Assembly (NCBI GenBank): GCA_001600695.1 | Contig: BCKQ01000004.1 | Coordinates: forward strand, 541,583 to 605,582 | Direction: 5' to 3' | Source: Ascoidea asiatica JCM 7603 | Lineage: Eukaryota > Fungi > Ascomycota | DNA length: 64,000 nt | In this document: positions 12,617-23,989 of the stretch, in pieces | Position numbering within the stretch: position 1 is the stretch's first letter | Layout of the letters: the number at the start of each line of letters is the position of its first letter | Notes under the pieces: model-generated | Seen by the model: only the letters and a program-made list of their open reading frames with translations | The model's database searches: none | What the model was told of the DNA's origin: nothing | Translations under genes and position numbers: made by a program

Positions 12617-13696
12617 TTTTAAAAAGAATAGAAATGGAAATTCTAATGAAGATTTTATTAAAATATTTTAATAAACAATAAATATAATGGATGAATTAAT
12701 TGAAGATTTGAGGTTTAATTTATATGAAGTAAAAAAATATATGAAAGATATATGATATAATAAAAAGATTATTTATGAAATCAAATTTTATAAGAGAATT
12801 TTAATAATTTTATCATTAGATACAAAAAACAGTAAAAAATTTGATAAGATTGAATAGATTAAATAGATAAAATAGATAAAAATGGGAACTAATGAGAGTT
12901 AATGAATTCAATATGAATACAATATGATATTAATATGATATTAATATGATATGAGAATGATTTCAAAAATTGGTAAAGAGGATTAATTAAGGAATAATGG
13001 TGCATATATTCTATTAAAGATTGAAGAATATGAGCATATTTTACTTTATTTCAGTGTAAATAAAAAAAGTATCAGACAGTAATGAATTGAAGTAATTGAT
13101 AATTTATTTCTTAATATATTTATTGATATATTTATTTATTAACATATTTATTTTATAATATAATAATTGTTTGATAATCAGTTTATGCTTTATTTATTTG
13201 TTTATCTTATCTGATCTCATCTTCAGGGTGTGGAGCAGCGGTGGTGTGAGCAGGCACAAAGACAAAGAAGCAGGCAAGCAGAGAACCAGACCGGTGGGTC
13301 CGCGGGAGTAGAGCTGGAAGAGGAAACACGGAGATAAAAACTAATGCGGAAGGAAAGACAAGGAACCGGTCTCTTAGAAGCACATGACACCTGTGTGTCC
13401 AGATTTGTGGAACTCTTATTGGATCCAGACTGGTGAAACCTAATAATTAGACCCGCTTGACTGGTACTCCCGCCCGGATAGAATATACTTAAATGGAGAA
13501 CAAACAGAAATAACAGAAATAATAACCGCTGATAATAAAAATAAAGGATAACAAAGCAAAAGGCAAGAGGTAAAAGTAAACAATATCTCACTTGATGGAT
13601 GATATATGAATATATGAATCGAATAGAATTGAAATACTTCATATTTATCAGTTTGGAGAGTATTCAATAGTTGAAAGTTTGCCTTAATATATCATA

Positions 13697-15490
13697 ATGT
13701 CGTCTGGTATTGTTCAAAGTGATTACAATGATGTAAGAAATATCGAAGAAAATAAAGATAAAAATGAAATAATAAGTGAATTCCAAAATAAATCAAAGGA
13801 TAAAGGTAAAGGTAAAGGTAAAGGTAAAGAAAAAGAAGAACCAAGTGATACTCAGTATAATAATGAACCTGACAATAAAATTGAAATAAAGAATCAAAAT
13901 AATGAACAATCGAATAATGAATTCATTAATGAATCAAAGGATGAATTAAATGAAGAAGATGAGAAATTATTATCTTTATTATCCAATTCAGTATCTTCAA
14001 TTTCATCAATTTCATCAATTTCATCTGTATCTTCAGTAAATTCAATAAATCAAATAAATAAATCTTTTAAAATTGATAAAAATAAAGATTTTTTAAATGA
14101 ATTATATTTAATTGATGAAAATAATTTAAATTTAATAAAATTAATTAGTTTTAACAATGATTTTTTTAAAATTTTAAAAATTAATTTAAATTTAAAATAT
14201 TTTGAAATTTTAAAATTTTTTTTAAATAAAAAATTTATAATTTCATATAATTTAATTTTTCCAATAATTAAAATTTTAATTAAATTTAATAATTTTTTAA
14301 AAATTAATTTAAATTTAAATAATTTAAATAATTTTAAAAATATCTTAAATAATTTAAATAATGAAAAAAATTTAAAATTTTTAATAATTAATTATTTTAT
14401 TTTATATCTTAATATTATAAATAATTTACTTAATGAATTCTCAATTACAATTACAAAAGAAAATGATGGAACTGAAATGGAAATTAAAATGGAAATTATA
14501 AATAATTTTAAAAATAATAAAATTTTTAATGAAATTGGTTTATATTTTATAAATATTAATTCAATAATTAATGAAACTAATGAAACTAATGAAAATAATG
14601 AAAATAATGAAAATAATGAAAATTTTAAATTAATTAATTTTAAAATTATAAATTTAATATTTTTAATTGATTATAATTATAAAATTAATGAAATAATTAT
14701 AATTAAGAAAAATATTGAAAATTTTTTAAATAATAATAATATTTTAATTATTAATGAAAATAATAAAAAATATTATAATAATAATGAAGAAAATATTGAA
14801 TTAAATAAATTATTTAATTTATATTATTGTAATATATTAATAAAATTAAATTTAATTAAAGAAAGTAAAAAATTAATTATAAATAATAAATTAATTAAAA
14901 ATAATTATTCAAATTGGTATTTAAAAATTGATGAAAATATTAAAAAATTTGAGTTCGAGAAAAGTGAAAAAAGTAATAATAATAATAATTTTTCAAAATT
15001 AAACTCAAGTATTAAGAGTAAATTCAAATCAATTTCAAATTCTGTAAATAATAATGATAAGAAAGATAAGAAAGAAAATGAAATAAAAAATGAAATAAAA
15101 AATGAAATAAAAAATGAAGAAAATGAGAGTGAAGAATTAAGAAAGAGAAAAGAAAAGAAATTTAAAAGATTTCAAAGGAAACATCCTCATATGGATTTAA
15201 ATCATAAATTTGAAGATTCTAATTCCATTAATAACTCCAATAATATATCTAATTCTAATTCTAATTCAATTATAATAAATAATGATAATTTAAAAGAAGT
15301 AATTTTAAATTATTATAAAAAAAACATAAATATAATTAAAACTTTAATTTTAATTATATTTTTTTCAATACCATTATTTAAAATAATTAAAAAATTTAAA
15401 TTATATAAAAAGGATATAGGTTTATTATTGAAAAAGATAATTTATGAAATTTTCAAAACTATTAAAATGGGATTTAATGTTAGATATTAA
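13697..15490 (+). CDS. Tail-anchored protein, probable Pex26/Pex15-type peroxin (Pex1/Pex6 anchor)
   Basis: Single C-terminal hydrophobic segment TLILIIFFSIPLF, followed by a basic tail ending KTIKMGFNVRY, like the fungal Pex26 tail (T.GMGVKVSY). The rest is low complexity. Confidence 0.5.
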   Translation: MSSGIVQSDYNDVRNIEENKDKNEIISEFQNKSKDKGKGKGKGKEKEEPSDTQYNNEPDNKIEIKNQNNEQSNNEFINESKDELNEEDEKLLSLLSNSVSSISSISSISSVSSVNSINQINKSFKIDKNKDFLNELYLIDENNLNLIKLISFNNDFFKILKINLNLKYFEILKFFLNKKFIISYNLIFPIIKILIKFNNFLKINLNLNNLNNFKNILNNLNNEKNLKFLIINYFILYLNIINNLLNEFSITITKENDGTEMEIKMEIINNFKNNKIFNEIGLYFININSIINETNETNENNENNENNENFKLINFKIINLIFLIDYNYKINEIIIIKKNIENFLNNNNILIINENNKKYYNNNEENIELNKLFNLYYCNILIKLNLIKESKKLIINNKLIKNNYSNWYLKIDENIKKFEFEKSEKSNNNNNFSKLNSSIKSKFKSISNSVNNNDKKDKKENEIKNEIKNEIKNEENESEELRKRKEKKFKRFQRKHPHMDLNHKFEDSNSINNSNNISNSNSNSIIINNDNLKEVILNYYKKNINIIKTLILIIFFSIPLFKIIKKFKLYKKDIGLLLKKIIYEIFKTIKMGFNVRY

Positions 15491-15734
15491 TATCTTTATA
15501 ATTCAATGCAATGCAAAAATAATACTGTATATGTATATAGACTCGATGAATATAAAATTCTGACTTGGTTATTGGATCCAGTTTTATGGTAGACAAAAAA
15601 AAAGGATAAAATAATTTAAAATAGGAAAATAATTGCAAAAATGGATTGACTACTGGATCATACTTACTTTTTTATTTATTGCAGGACCAGCGGCAGTTAT
15701 ATATTAGCCTTTGATTTTTAAAAGGAGTGAAAAA

Positions 15735-16576
15735 CTAAAAACTGCTTGTTGGAATATTTTCACAATTGAATATTGAAGCCCAAGTTAATTGAACTGTTGA
15801 GTTATTATGATTTTCTGAAATTGCAATCATACCCAAGTGTGCGGTTTCATGATAATTATAATAATAATATCTCACACCATTATTGTTCTACCTGATTTTT
15901 TTAATTATATTTTCAGCTTCTTCCATTGATTGAATTAAACCTGAAAAATTATCTTTTTTTACAATTTTTAAGCCAATGTTTTCAAGTAATCTCTTGAAAC
16001 TTAAATCAAGGTTTTTAAAATAAGCATATCCAAGCATAATTTCCTCATTTTTTCAAATCGCTATAAATACACCAAGAGTATTCATTAAAATCTTTACTGT
16101 ATTATCTGAATTAGAAGATGCTTTATTTTTACTATAATCAGATCTAGGATTGTAAATTTTCAAAATATCATAATCTGCTTTGAATGAATCCGAAAAAAGA
16201 AAATCAAAAAATTTGTTTTAAATCTTGATCTATATTTGAAATGTCACTTTTGTACTCCATTATTGAAAGAATATATTTCAGTAAACTGTTGTAAAGCCCT
16301 GCTAAATTTTCTTATGTCCTTAGAAAGTTGATAAGAATTTAAAACATTAATTACTAATTTATATGCTACTTCTCCTTTTTCATAATCATAATCATAATCA
16401 TAATCATAATCATATTCATATTCATATTCATTTCGTTTTTTGTTTTTGATTGTATTGGCATTTGAATTTTTATTTTGTTGAGTGTTTTTACATTTTTACT
16501 TTTTTGGAGTTTAAGTATTATCAGTTTTTGTTTCTGAAGGTTTTTTATTTAAAGTTGTGAGTATTGGAAGATACAT
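15735..16576 (-). pseudogene. Degenerate gene of unknown family
   Basis: aaatATG at 16576 opens MYLPILTTLNKKPSETKTDNT*TPKK*KCKNTQQ...EKGEVAYKLVINVLNSYQLSKDIRKF...GVQK*. A shifted frame continues DFLFSDSFKADY...GVFIAI*KNEEIMLGYAYF...SGRTIMV*, and a further shift gives YNYHETAHLGMIAISE...PTSSF*. Confidence 0.55.
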
Positions 16577-17371
16577 ATTTGAGTAATATATTAATGATCT
16601 ATAAATTTCAAAAAAAAAAATCATTAAAACCCTTTTTTAGTGAAAATACTATTTTTATATAAAATTTTATATATTTAAATATTCAAATATTTAAATTGCT
16701 TATAATGAATAAAATTTCCACAAAAAAAGGTTAAAATAAATAAGTTTTTAAATAACAATCAAATATGAAAACCAAAATAAATTCAACATACGAAGAGAAA
16801 TTTAAGGTTTATTAAGGTTATCCTTCATGCATGGTACCAAAAACCTAAACCAAAGAGGGGTTGATTTGGGGTAAAAAATGGGTCTCACAAAACTAGGACT
16901 TACTCGGTGGCTTATGTGGCGTTCTCGTCCTAACTTCGTGAACAACCCGGATTATCTGGAAAAATATGTCCACCTTATTACATAAGCAATTATATAAGCA
17001 CTCTAGTAGTATTCAACATCTAAAATAATAAGCGTGCTCAACCAATGAGCCTGAAAGGGCTTTTTCCACCTGACAACCCCGTTGGTGGTTTAGTCACCTG
17101 ACAGTTGTTTTGCGGTTTTGTTTTTGTTTGTTGTTTGTTGTTTGTTGTGCACTGAAAGCACTTGCCTCGAGTCCCCAGGACTGGTCTGCTGTTTAAAACC
17201 AGTGGTGCAGATATAATAAAATTGTCCACTGTTTACTCTTCCATCTTCTTTATCTTAGATTTTTTATCTTCAACCACCAACAACAATAATTGTATCCAAT
17301 ATCCTATATCCAATATCCAATATTCAATATCCAATATTCAATATCCAAAAGTAAAGAATAATTCATTTATA

Positions 17372-17983
17372 ATGGCAAAATTAACAAAATATCATATAAA
17401 TCCATTTCCAAAATCTGCAATTAAAAAAACTGAAGCAAATTATAAATTATCAATAATTCAACAACCAAAACAAGCTAGAGCTTCTGGAACTACAAAACAA
17501 TTCTTTGGTAGAAGATCAATTGATCCATTTCCAATATTATCTGTATCTCTTGATAAAAATGGTGAAGATATTATTGATCATTCATATAATTTTTTAGTTT
17601 GTGTTGCTACAATTGAATCAACTACTTTTCAATCCAATATTAATGATAATCATAATGACAATATACATAATATACATAATATAAACAATATAAATAATAT
17701 AAATAATATAAGTAATATAAGTAATATGAATATGATAAATAACATAGACAATATAAACAATATAAACAATATAAACAATATAAATAATATAAATAATATA
17801 AATGATATTGATAAATCAAGAAAACAAAAAAGAAGAAGAATTTCAAATAAAGATAGAAAACCAGATAATATTCTATTTGGTACTTCTTTTGTATCTGCCA
17901 ATATCATCACTCCAAGTCATATTTCAAATTCAAATTCAAATGACACCAAATCTTTCTTAAATATATATAACAACAACAACAAC

Positions 17984-18016
<33 letters not shown>

Positions 18017-18753
18017 GATTCAAATAAATTAAAAGCTTTTTTTGTATTCAATGATTTATCAATTAGATTAGAAGGTAAATATAAATTAATTTTTAATTTA
18101 TATGAATTTCCATTATCAATTTCAAATAATTTTAAAAATTTAAATTTATCAAAATTATATTTTAGAGATTCTATAAAAAGTAATGAAATTATTGTTTATA
18201 ATGCAAAAGATTTTCCTGGTTTACAACCTTCACCGGCTTTAACTCAAAAATTAAAAAATTTAGGTTCAAGAATTCGTGTTAGAAAAATTTCTTCAAAAAA
18301 AAAATTATATTCATCATCTATTGAAAATGATAATACCAATGATAATATTAATGATAATATTAATGATAATATCAATGAGAATGAGATTGAGAACGAGAAT
18401 GAGATTAATAATAATAATGAAATTGTGAATGAAAAGAATACAGATAATAACAAAAAAAGAAAAAATAGTGATGATAATGATAATGATAATGATAATGATA
18501 ATGATAATGATAATAGTAATAATAGTAATAAGGAAGATGAAAATAATCAAGATTCTTCAAAATTAAAATTTTTATCAGATATTTCATCAAATTTAAAACC
18601 AATTCAATTAAATCAATTAGTTTCAAATGATTTAAATAATTCAATTCCTTTAAATTTACAAAATTCAAATTTACAAAATTCAAATTTACAAAATCAAAAT
18701 TTCATACAAAATTTTAATAATCATCAAATTTTATTAAATTCATATAATTTACC

Positions 18754-18784
<31 letters not shown>

Positions 18785-19639
18785 TCTAATAATAATTCTA
18801 ATAGTAATCCTAATAGTAATTCAAATAATAATTCAAATAATAATGGAGATAATATTAATCAATTACAAAGATTTTATAATTCATATCCAATTTCAGGAAA
18901 TTATATACCAACAAATTTAATTCAAAATCAAATTAATAATCATTTAAATTTAAATCATTTACAAAATCAATTTAATTCAAATAATCAATTTAATAATCAA
19001 ATTCCATTAAATTCATTACCAATTAATTCAATTCCATTAAATAATAATTTAAATAATAATTTAAATAATAATTTAAATAATAATTTAAATAATAATTTAA
19101 ATAATAATTTAAATTCAACAAGTGATGATCAAAGATTTGCAGAAAAAGCAATTGAAATTGAAAATGATTTAGATTTAAATAGTCAAATTGATCGTCAAAT
19201 TGAAGAACATGTTGAGAAAGTTAAAGCAGCAGCAGCCGCCGCAGCAGCAATTGCAGCGTCTGATAATAATAATTACAATAATGACAATAATGATAATAAT
19301 GATAATAATGATAATAATACCACTACTATTGCAGATACAAATACAAATACGAATATTAATGAATCTATAAATATTGATGATATTGATTTGAAAGAAGTTA
19401 ATGATGTTTTAAATGAAGAAAATATTAAAGATTCAAATTTAGATCCATCACTTAAAAAACAATCAATTAATGAATCTAATGAATTGAATGAATCAAATAA
19501 TGATGAATTAAAAGAATCAAATGAGAATAAATCAGAAACTCGATTAGAAACTGAATTAGGATCTCAAGTGGAATCTCAATTGGAATCTCAAGAAGATAAT
19601 AATATCAATTCTGAGAATTTGAATTCAAATATTAACTAA
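17372..19639 (+). CDS. Velvet-domain transcription factor, VeA-like; likely start ATG 17372 rather than TTG 17162
   Basis: YKLSIIQQPKQARASG..RRSIDPFPI, FVFNDLSIRLEGKYKLIFNLYE and VYNAKDFPGLQPSPALTQKLKNLGSRIRVRK are velvet-domain blocks. Confidence 0.9.
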
Positions 19640-20216
19640 CAAACTGAATAATTCAATTCACTTTCATATATTTGTAATTATAACTTTTCATTTTTTTCAT
19701 CTTAGCTTTATCTTCCTATCTATCTTCTCATTCATGTTTTATCTTTTATATTATTCTTTTGTTCCATATTATTACTTATTTTATCTTCTCTTATATTCTC
19801 TTATATTCTTACAAATTACTCTTCAAAACCATCGTAGTCAATCAACGCTAAAGCAAACAACAACACAAAAGCACAAAAAGCGCGAATGAACAGGGGTTTT
19901 GCGTGCATCGTCTGTTTCAGTACCACTCCGGCGGTACTGCCATACTTCAGTGCTTCAGAGCTTCAGAGCTTTGCTTCGCTCATTCCACCGGTTCACTCCA
20001 CTGAACAAAGAATAAGAAAATAGCAGTAAACTTCGTTGGTTTTCTTTGTTTATTCACTTTCTATTTTACTGATTAAGACTTTATAAATCTATTTTAGAAC
20101 TTATCTAATTCAAATTTCTAATTCAATCTCTTCAGAGAATCATTTCTAATAATAAAAATCATATATCAATATATTTTATTTACTCCACTAGATCTTTCAA
20201 ATAAAACTAATCAAAT

Positions 20217-20928
20217 ATGGTTGATGATTTAATTGTATGTATTATTATTATTATTATATTATTTATATTATTTATATTATACTTCATATGATATATTATT
20301 ATATTAAAAAAGACTAAATTACTAATAATTCATTCAAATTTTTAATAAAGAGCTTTACAACTCCTCAACAATTAACTGGTAGAAGAAGAAAACCACCAAT
20401 AAATCAAAATAATTTTCAACAACAACAACAACAACAAAGAATTAATCAACCAATAACTCCTTCAAATAATATTCAAAATAGGCCACTTCAAAAATTATCT
20501 CCAAATCGATTTAATAATCAAAATCAAATTCCAAATCAAATTCCTAATCAAATAACTAATCAAAATTATCAAAATGATTATCGAAATGATTATCAATATG
20601 ATCAACCAAAACAACAATCTCCTTATCAACCTCAACAAAATTATCAACAACAAAGACCACCTCAGCAACAACAACAACAACAACAACAACCACCTCCACA
20701 ACAACTGAATTATCCAATTCCTCCACAACAGCAACAGCAACCACAACAACAATCTTTTCCAATTAATAATAATAACAATAATAATAGACATCAATCAAAT
20801 CCTCAAAATTATATACCTGTACAACATACATATAATCCAAATTTAAATAATCAAAGACCTCATCAAATTCCAATTCAAGCTCAAAGAACTTATCCAAATC
20901 AATCAATACGCCAAAATCAACCACCTAT

Positions 20929-20964
<36 letters not shown>

Positions 20965-21925
20965 GCAACCTATTCAACCAATTCAACCAATTCAACCTAT
21001 ACAACCTATACAACCTGTACAACCTGTACAACAACAGCCACCAAATAATATACCTCCTCAACAAACTTATAATAATAATATAAATGATATACAACCAAGA
21101 TCAAATGGTGGACCTCCTCCTTTTCAACAACAACAACAACAACAACAAAACTATTCAAATCAACCGCCTCAACAACAACCACAACCACACCCACAACCAC
21201 CTCAACCACTTCAACCACTTCAACAACAACAACCACCACAACAATCTTATATAGATAATCAACAAAATTATAATAATACTACTAGTTCACCTCCTTTGAA
21301 TAGAAATTCTAATCCAATTCCAATTCATCAAGAAGATGCTCCAAATGAAATTCAACAACCAAAACCTTTATTAAAACAAAAAACTTCAGATGCTGAAAAA
21401 CTTGAATATAATCTTAAAAAATTATTTAATACTGTTAATATTGAAAAAAATGGTAAATTATCTGAAAATCAATTATCTCAAGCTTTAATTAATACTGATA
21501 ATAGTAAATTTAGACCTTCAACAATACGTTTAATGATAAAATTATTTGATAAAGATGATTCTGGTGATATAGATTTTAGAGAATTTTATCATCTTTGGAA
21601 TTATTTATCTCATTGGAGAAAAGTTTTTAATATTTATGATAATGATAAAAATAATACAATTACATTTGGTGAATATCAAAAAACTTTAGAAAGTTTTGGT
21701 TATAGATTACCAACTGATACTGCTTTATTTATTTTTCAAAAATTTGCTTTATTAAATAAATCAAATTTAAATGGTATACTTCAAATGAAATTTGATTTAT
21801 ATGTTGAAAGTTTAATTTGGTTATTACGTTGTACAAATTCTTTTAAAAAATTTGATAATGATGGTAATGGTATTGGAATATTTCCATTTGATAAATATGT
21901 TCAAGAAGTTCTTTCTTTTAGATAG
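20217..21925 (+). CDS. PEF1: Penta-EF-hand protein Pef1/peflin with a long Gln/Pro-rich N-terminus; join(20217..20234,20351..21925), about 530 aa
   Basis: Exon 1 MVDDLI, donor GTATGT at 20235, branch TACTAAT at 20320, acceptor AAG at 20348-20350. Exon 2 is open and in frame with EF-hands DKDDSGDIDFREF, DNDKNNTITFGEY and DNDGNG. Confidence 0.88.
20235..20350 (+). other. Spliceosomal intron of PEF1 (116 nt, phase 0)
   Basis: GTATGT...TACTAAT...AAG; removal joins ATG 20217 to the long open frame. Confidence 0.85.
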
Positions 21926-22267
21926 ATAATCTAAATTGATTTATAAATATACAGTATAAATTTACTTCCGGTAACGTTAATAATAATTGCACTTTATTCT
22001 TATTCTTTGTATGTAAAACCAGCCAGTTCCGACGCTTTTGAGTCAAGTTCGGATCCGGTTCTGTGGCTCTGAGTTTTGTTATTTTTGCCGCTGGAAAGGT
22101 TCTTAAGAATTCTTCTTCCTTTGACACAGAAAAAAAGGTCATTGAATAAGAAATCTACAAAAACAATCAATTGGCACTAAGGAAATAATAAACTATATTT
22201 ATATATATATATACAATTGATTGTTAAATGTGATTGAGTTATTAATTATCTTTAGAGTATTTCAAAA

Positions 22268-23359
22268 ATGAATCCAATAATTCATACTTCAATTCCAGAA
22301 ATTCAAAGAGCAATTGATAGATCATTACCTGAATTTCCTGGAGCAAAAGAACTTGATGAAAATAATTATTTTTTAAAAAATTTAGAACCTGAATATTTAA
22401 ATCAATTAGAAATTCAAATTAATGATTTTATAAAATTTCATGAATTAAATACTGGTAAAAAAATTGCTTTAATTACAAGTGGTGGTACAACTGTACCTTT
22501 AGAAAATAATACTGTTAGATTTATTGATAATTTTAGTGCAGGTACAAGAGGTTCAACATCTGCAGAAATTTTTTTAGAAAATAATTATGCAGTAATTTTT
22601 CTTTATAGAGAATTTTCACTTTTACCATATTCAAGACATTATTCACATAAATTAAATTTTTTAGATTATATGAAAATTAATGAAAATGAAAAAAAAATTG
22701 AAATTAATGAAAATTATTCAAATGAAATGTATAAAATTTTATTAAATTATTCAAAAATTAAAAATTCAAATTCTTTATTAATTATACCTTTTACAACTGT
22801 AAATCAATATATTTTTTCATTAAGATTAATTTGTAAAAAATTAAATTCATATAAAATTGGAAATTATAAAATTTTAATTTATTTAACAGCTGCAGTTTCT
22901 GATTTTTTTATACCTTTTACAAAATTACCAACACATAAAATTCAATCTTCAATTAATAATAAATTAAAAATTAATTTAGATCCAGTACCAAAATTTTTAA
23001 AAAGAATTATTGATGATTGGTCACCAAATTCTTTTATAATTAGTTTTAAATTAGAAACTGATGAAAATATTTTAATTTCAAAATGTAAAGGTGCAATTGA
23101 AAGATATGGTCATCAATTAGTTATAGGAAATTTATTACAAACTAGAAAAAAAGAAGTTGTTTTTGTTTCAAAAGATAATAAAATTAATTTAAGATGGTTT
23201 AAATTAAATGATTATAATAAAAATAAAATTGAAATTGAAATTGAAATTGAAACTAAAGATGAAGATGAAAAGATTATTGAAATTGAATCAATTTTTGTTC
23301 CTGAGATTATTAAATTGCATGACAAATGGATTGAAGAGAAAAGTAAAGTTCTTAGTTGA
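22268..23359 (+). CDS. CAB2: Phosphopantothenate-cysteine ligase (CoA synthesis)
   Basis: ITSGGTTVPLENNTVRFIDNFSAGTRG, AAVSDFF, SFKLETD and GNLLQTRK. Confidence 0.95.
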   Translation: MNPIIHTSIPEIQRAIDRSLPEFPGAKELDENNYFLKNLEPEYLNQLEIQINDFIKFHELNTGKKIALITSGGTTVPLENNTVRFIDNFSAGTRGSTSAEIFLENNYAVIFLYREFSLLPYSRHYSHKLNFLDYMKINENEKKIEINENYSNEMYKILLNYSKIKNSNSLLIIPFTTVNQYIFSLRLICKKLNSYKIGNYKILIYLTAAVSDFFIPFTKLPTHKIQSSINNKLKINLDPVPKFLKRIIDDWSPNSFIISFKLETDENILISKCKGAIERYGHQLVIGNLLQTRKKEVVFVSKDNKINLRWFKLNDYNKNKIEIEIEIETKDEDEKIIEIESIFVPEIIKLHDKWIEEKSKVLS

Positions 23360-23989
23360 TAATAATAATTTGATTCTGAGAAATGAATTAATAAATTAGA
23401 TGATTATTCAATACAAATTAAATAAACATAAACATATTAAATAAATAACGTAAAACCTCAAAAACCCTCAAGTGCAAAAAAAAAGGGTCCATTTGAGATA
23501 AGACAAAATAATCAAATTCAGGGCTATATGCTTATTTAAAAAATCTATCAATACAGCCCTAGCTACAAACGCATGCACACTACTTTTGTGGTACTGTTTT
23601 TTCAAGATCTTTTTCTCTGTCCAGAAGTACACCTGCCAAGTCAGCTGACAGGCGTGCCCCGTGACCGGACTCTCAGCTGCTCTCCCCGTGGCCAAGTTCG
23701 AAGTCTCCAGCAGGTGCAGTTCAGATCTTTCTTCCACGCCTGCACCTGACTTTGTGGGTTTTGCAGTGGGCAACGAACTCACTCACCGCAGTGGACTGAA
23801 CTGTCTGGGCTCTCTGAGAAGGTCCCAAGGAAATGAATGATTGAATGATTGAATGAATGAATGAAGGAATATATTGAAATTTATTAAAATTAATCAGTGA
23901 TTTCAATACAGTGTGTTAATGATAAAATAAACATATTTTTGATATTTGTGTAAAAAGGACTGATTAATTTCTGATTAAAGTATAGCAAA

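Noticed and set aside
13223-13232. Aft-type iron element (CACACCC, reverse strand) upstream of SMF3
   Set aside because: It is a single imperfect short match; plausible but not supportable.
15735-16576. In-frame TGA read as Trp (mitochondrial or plasmid-derived insert)
   Set aside because: TAA stops and frameshifts also occur, and I recognised no mitochondrial or plasmid protein motif.
17162-17371. TTG-initiated N-terminal extension of the velvet ORF
   Set aside because: It spans a TATA-like element and a repetitive 5' UTR; ATG 17372 has a good context just before the domain.
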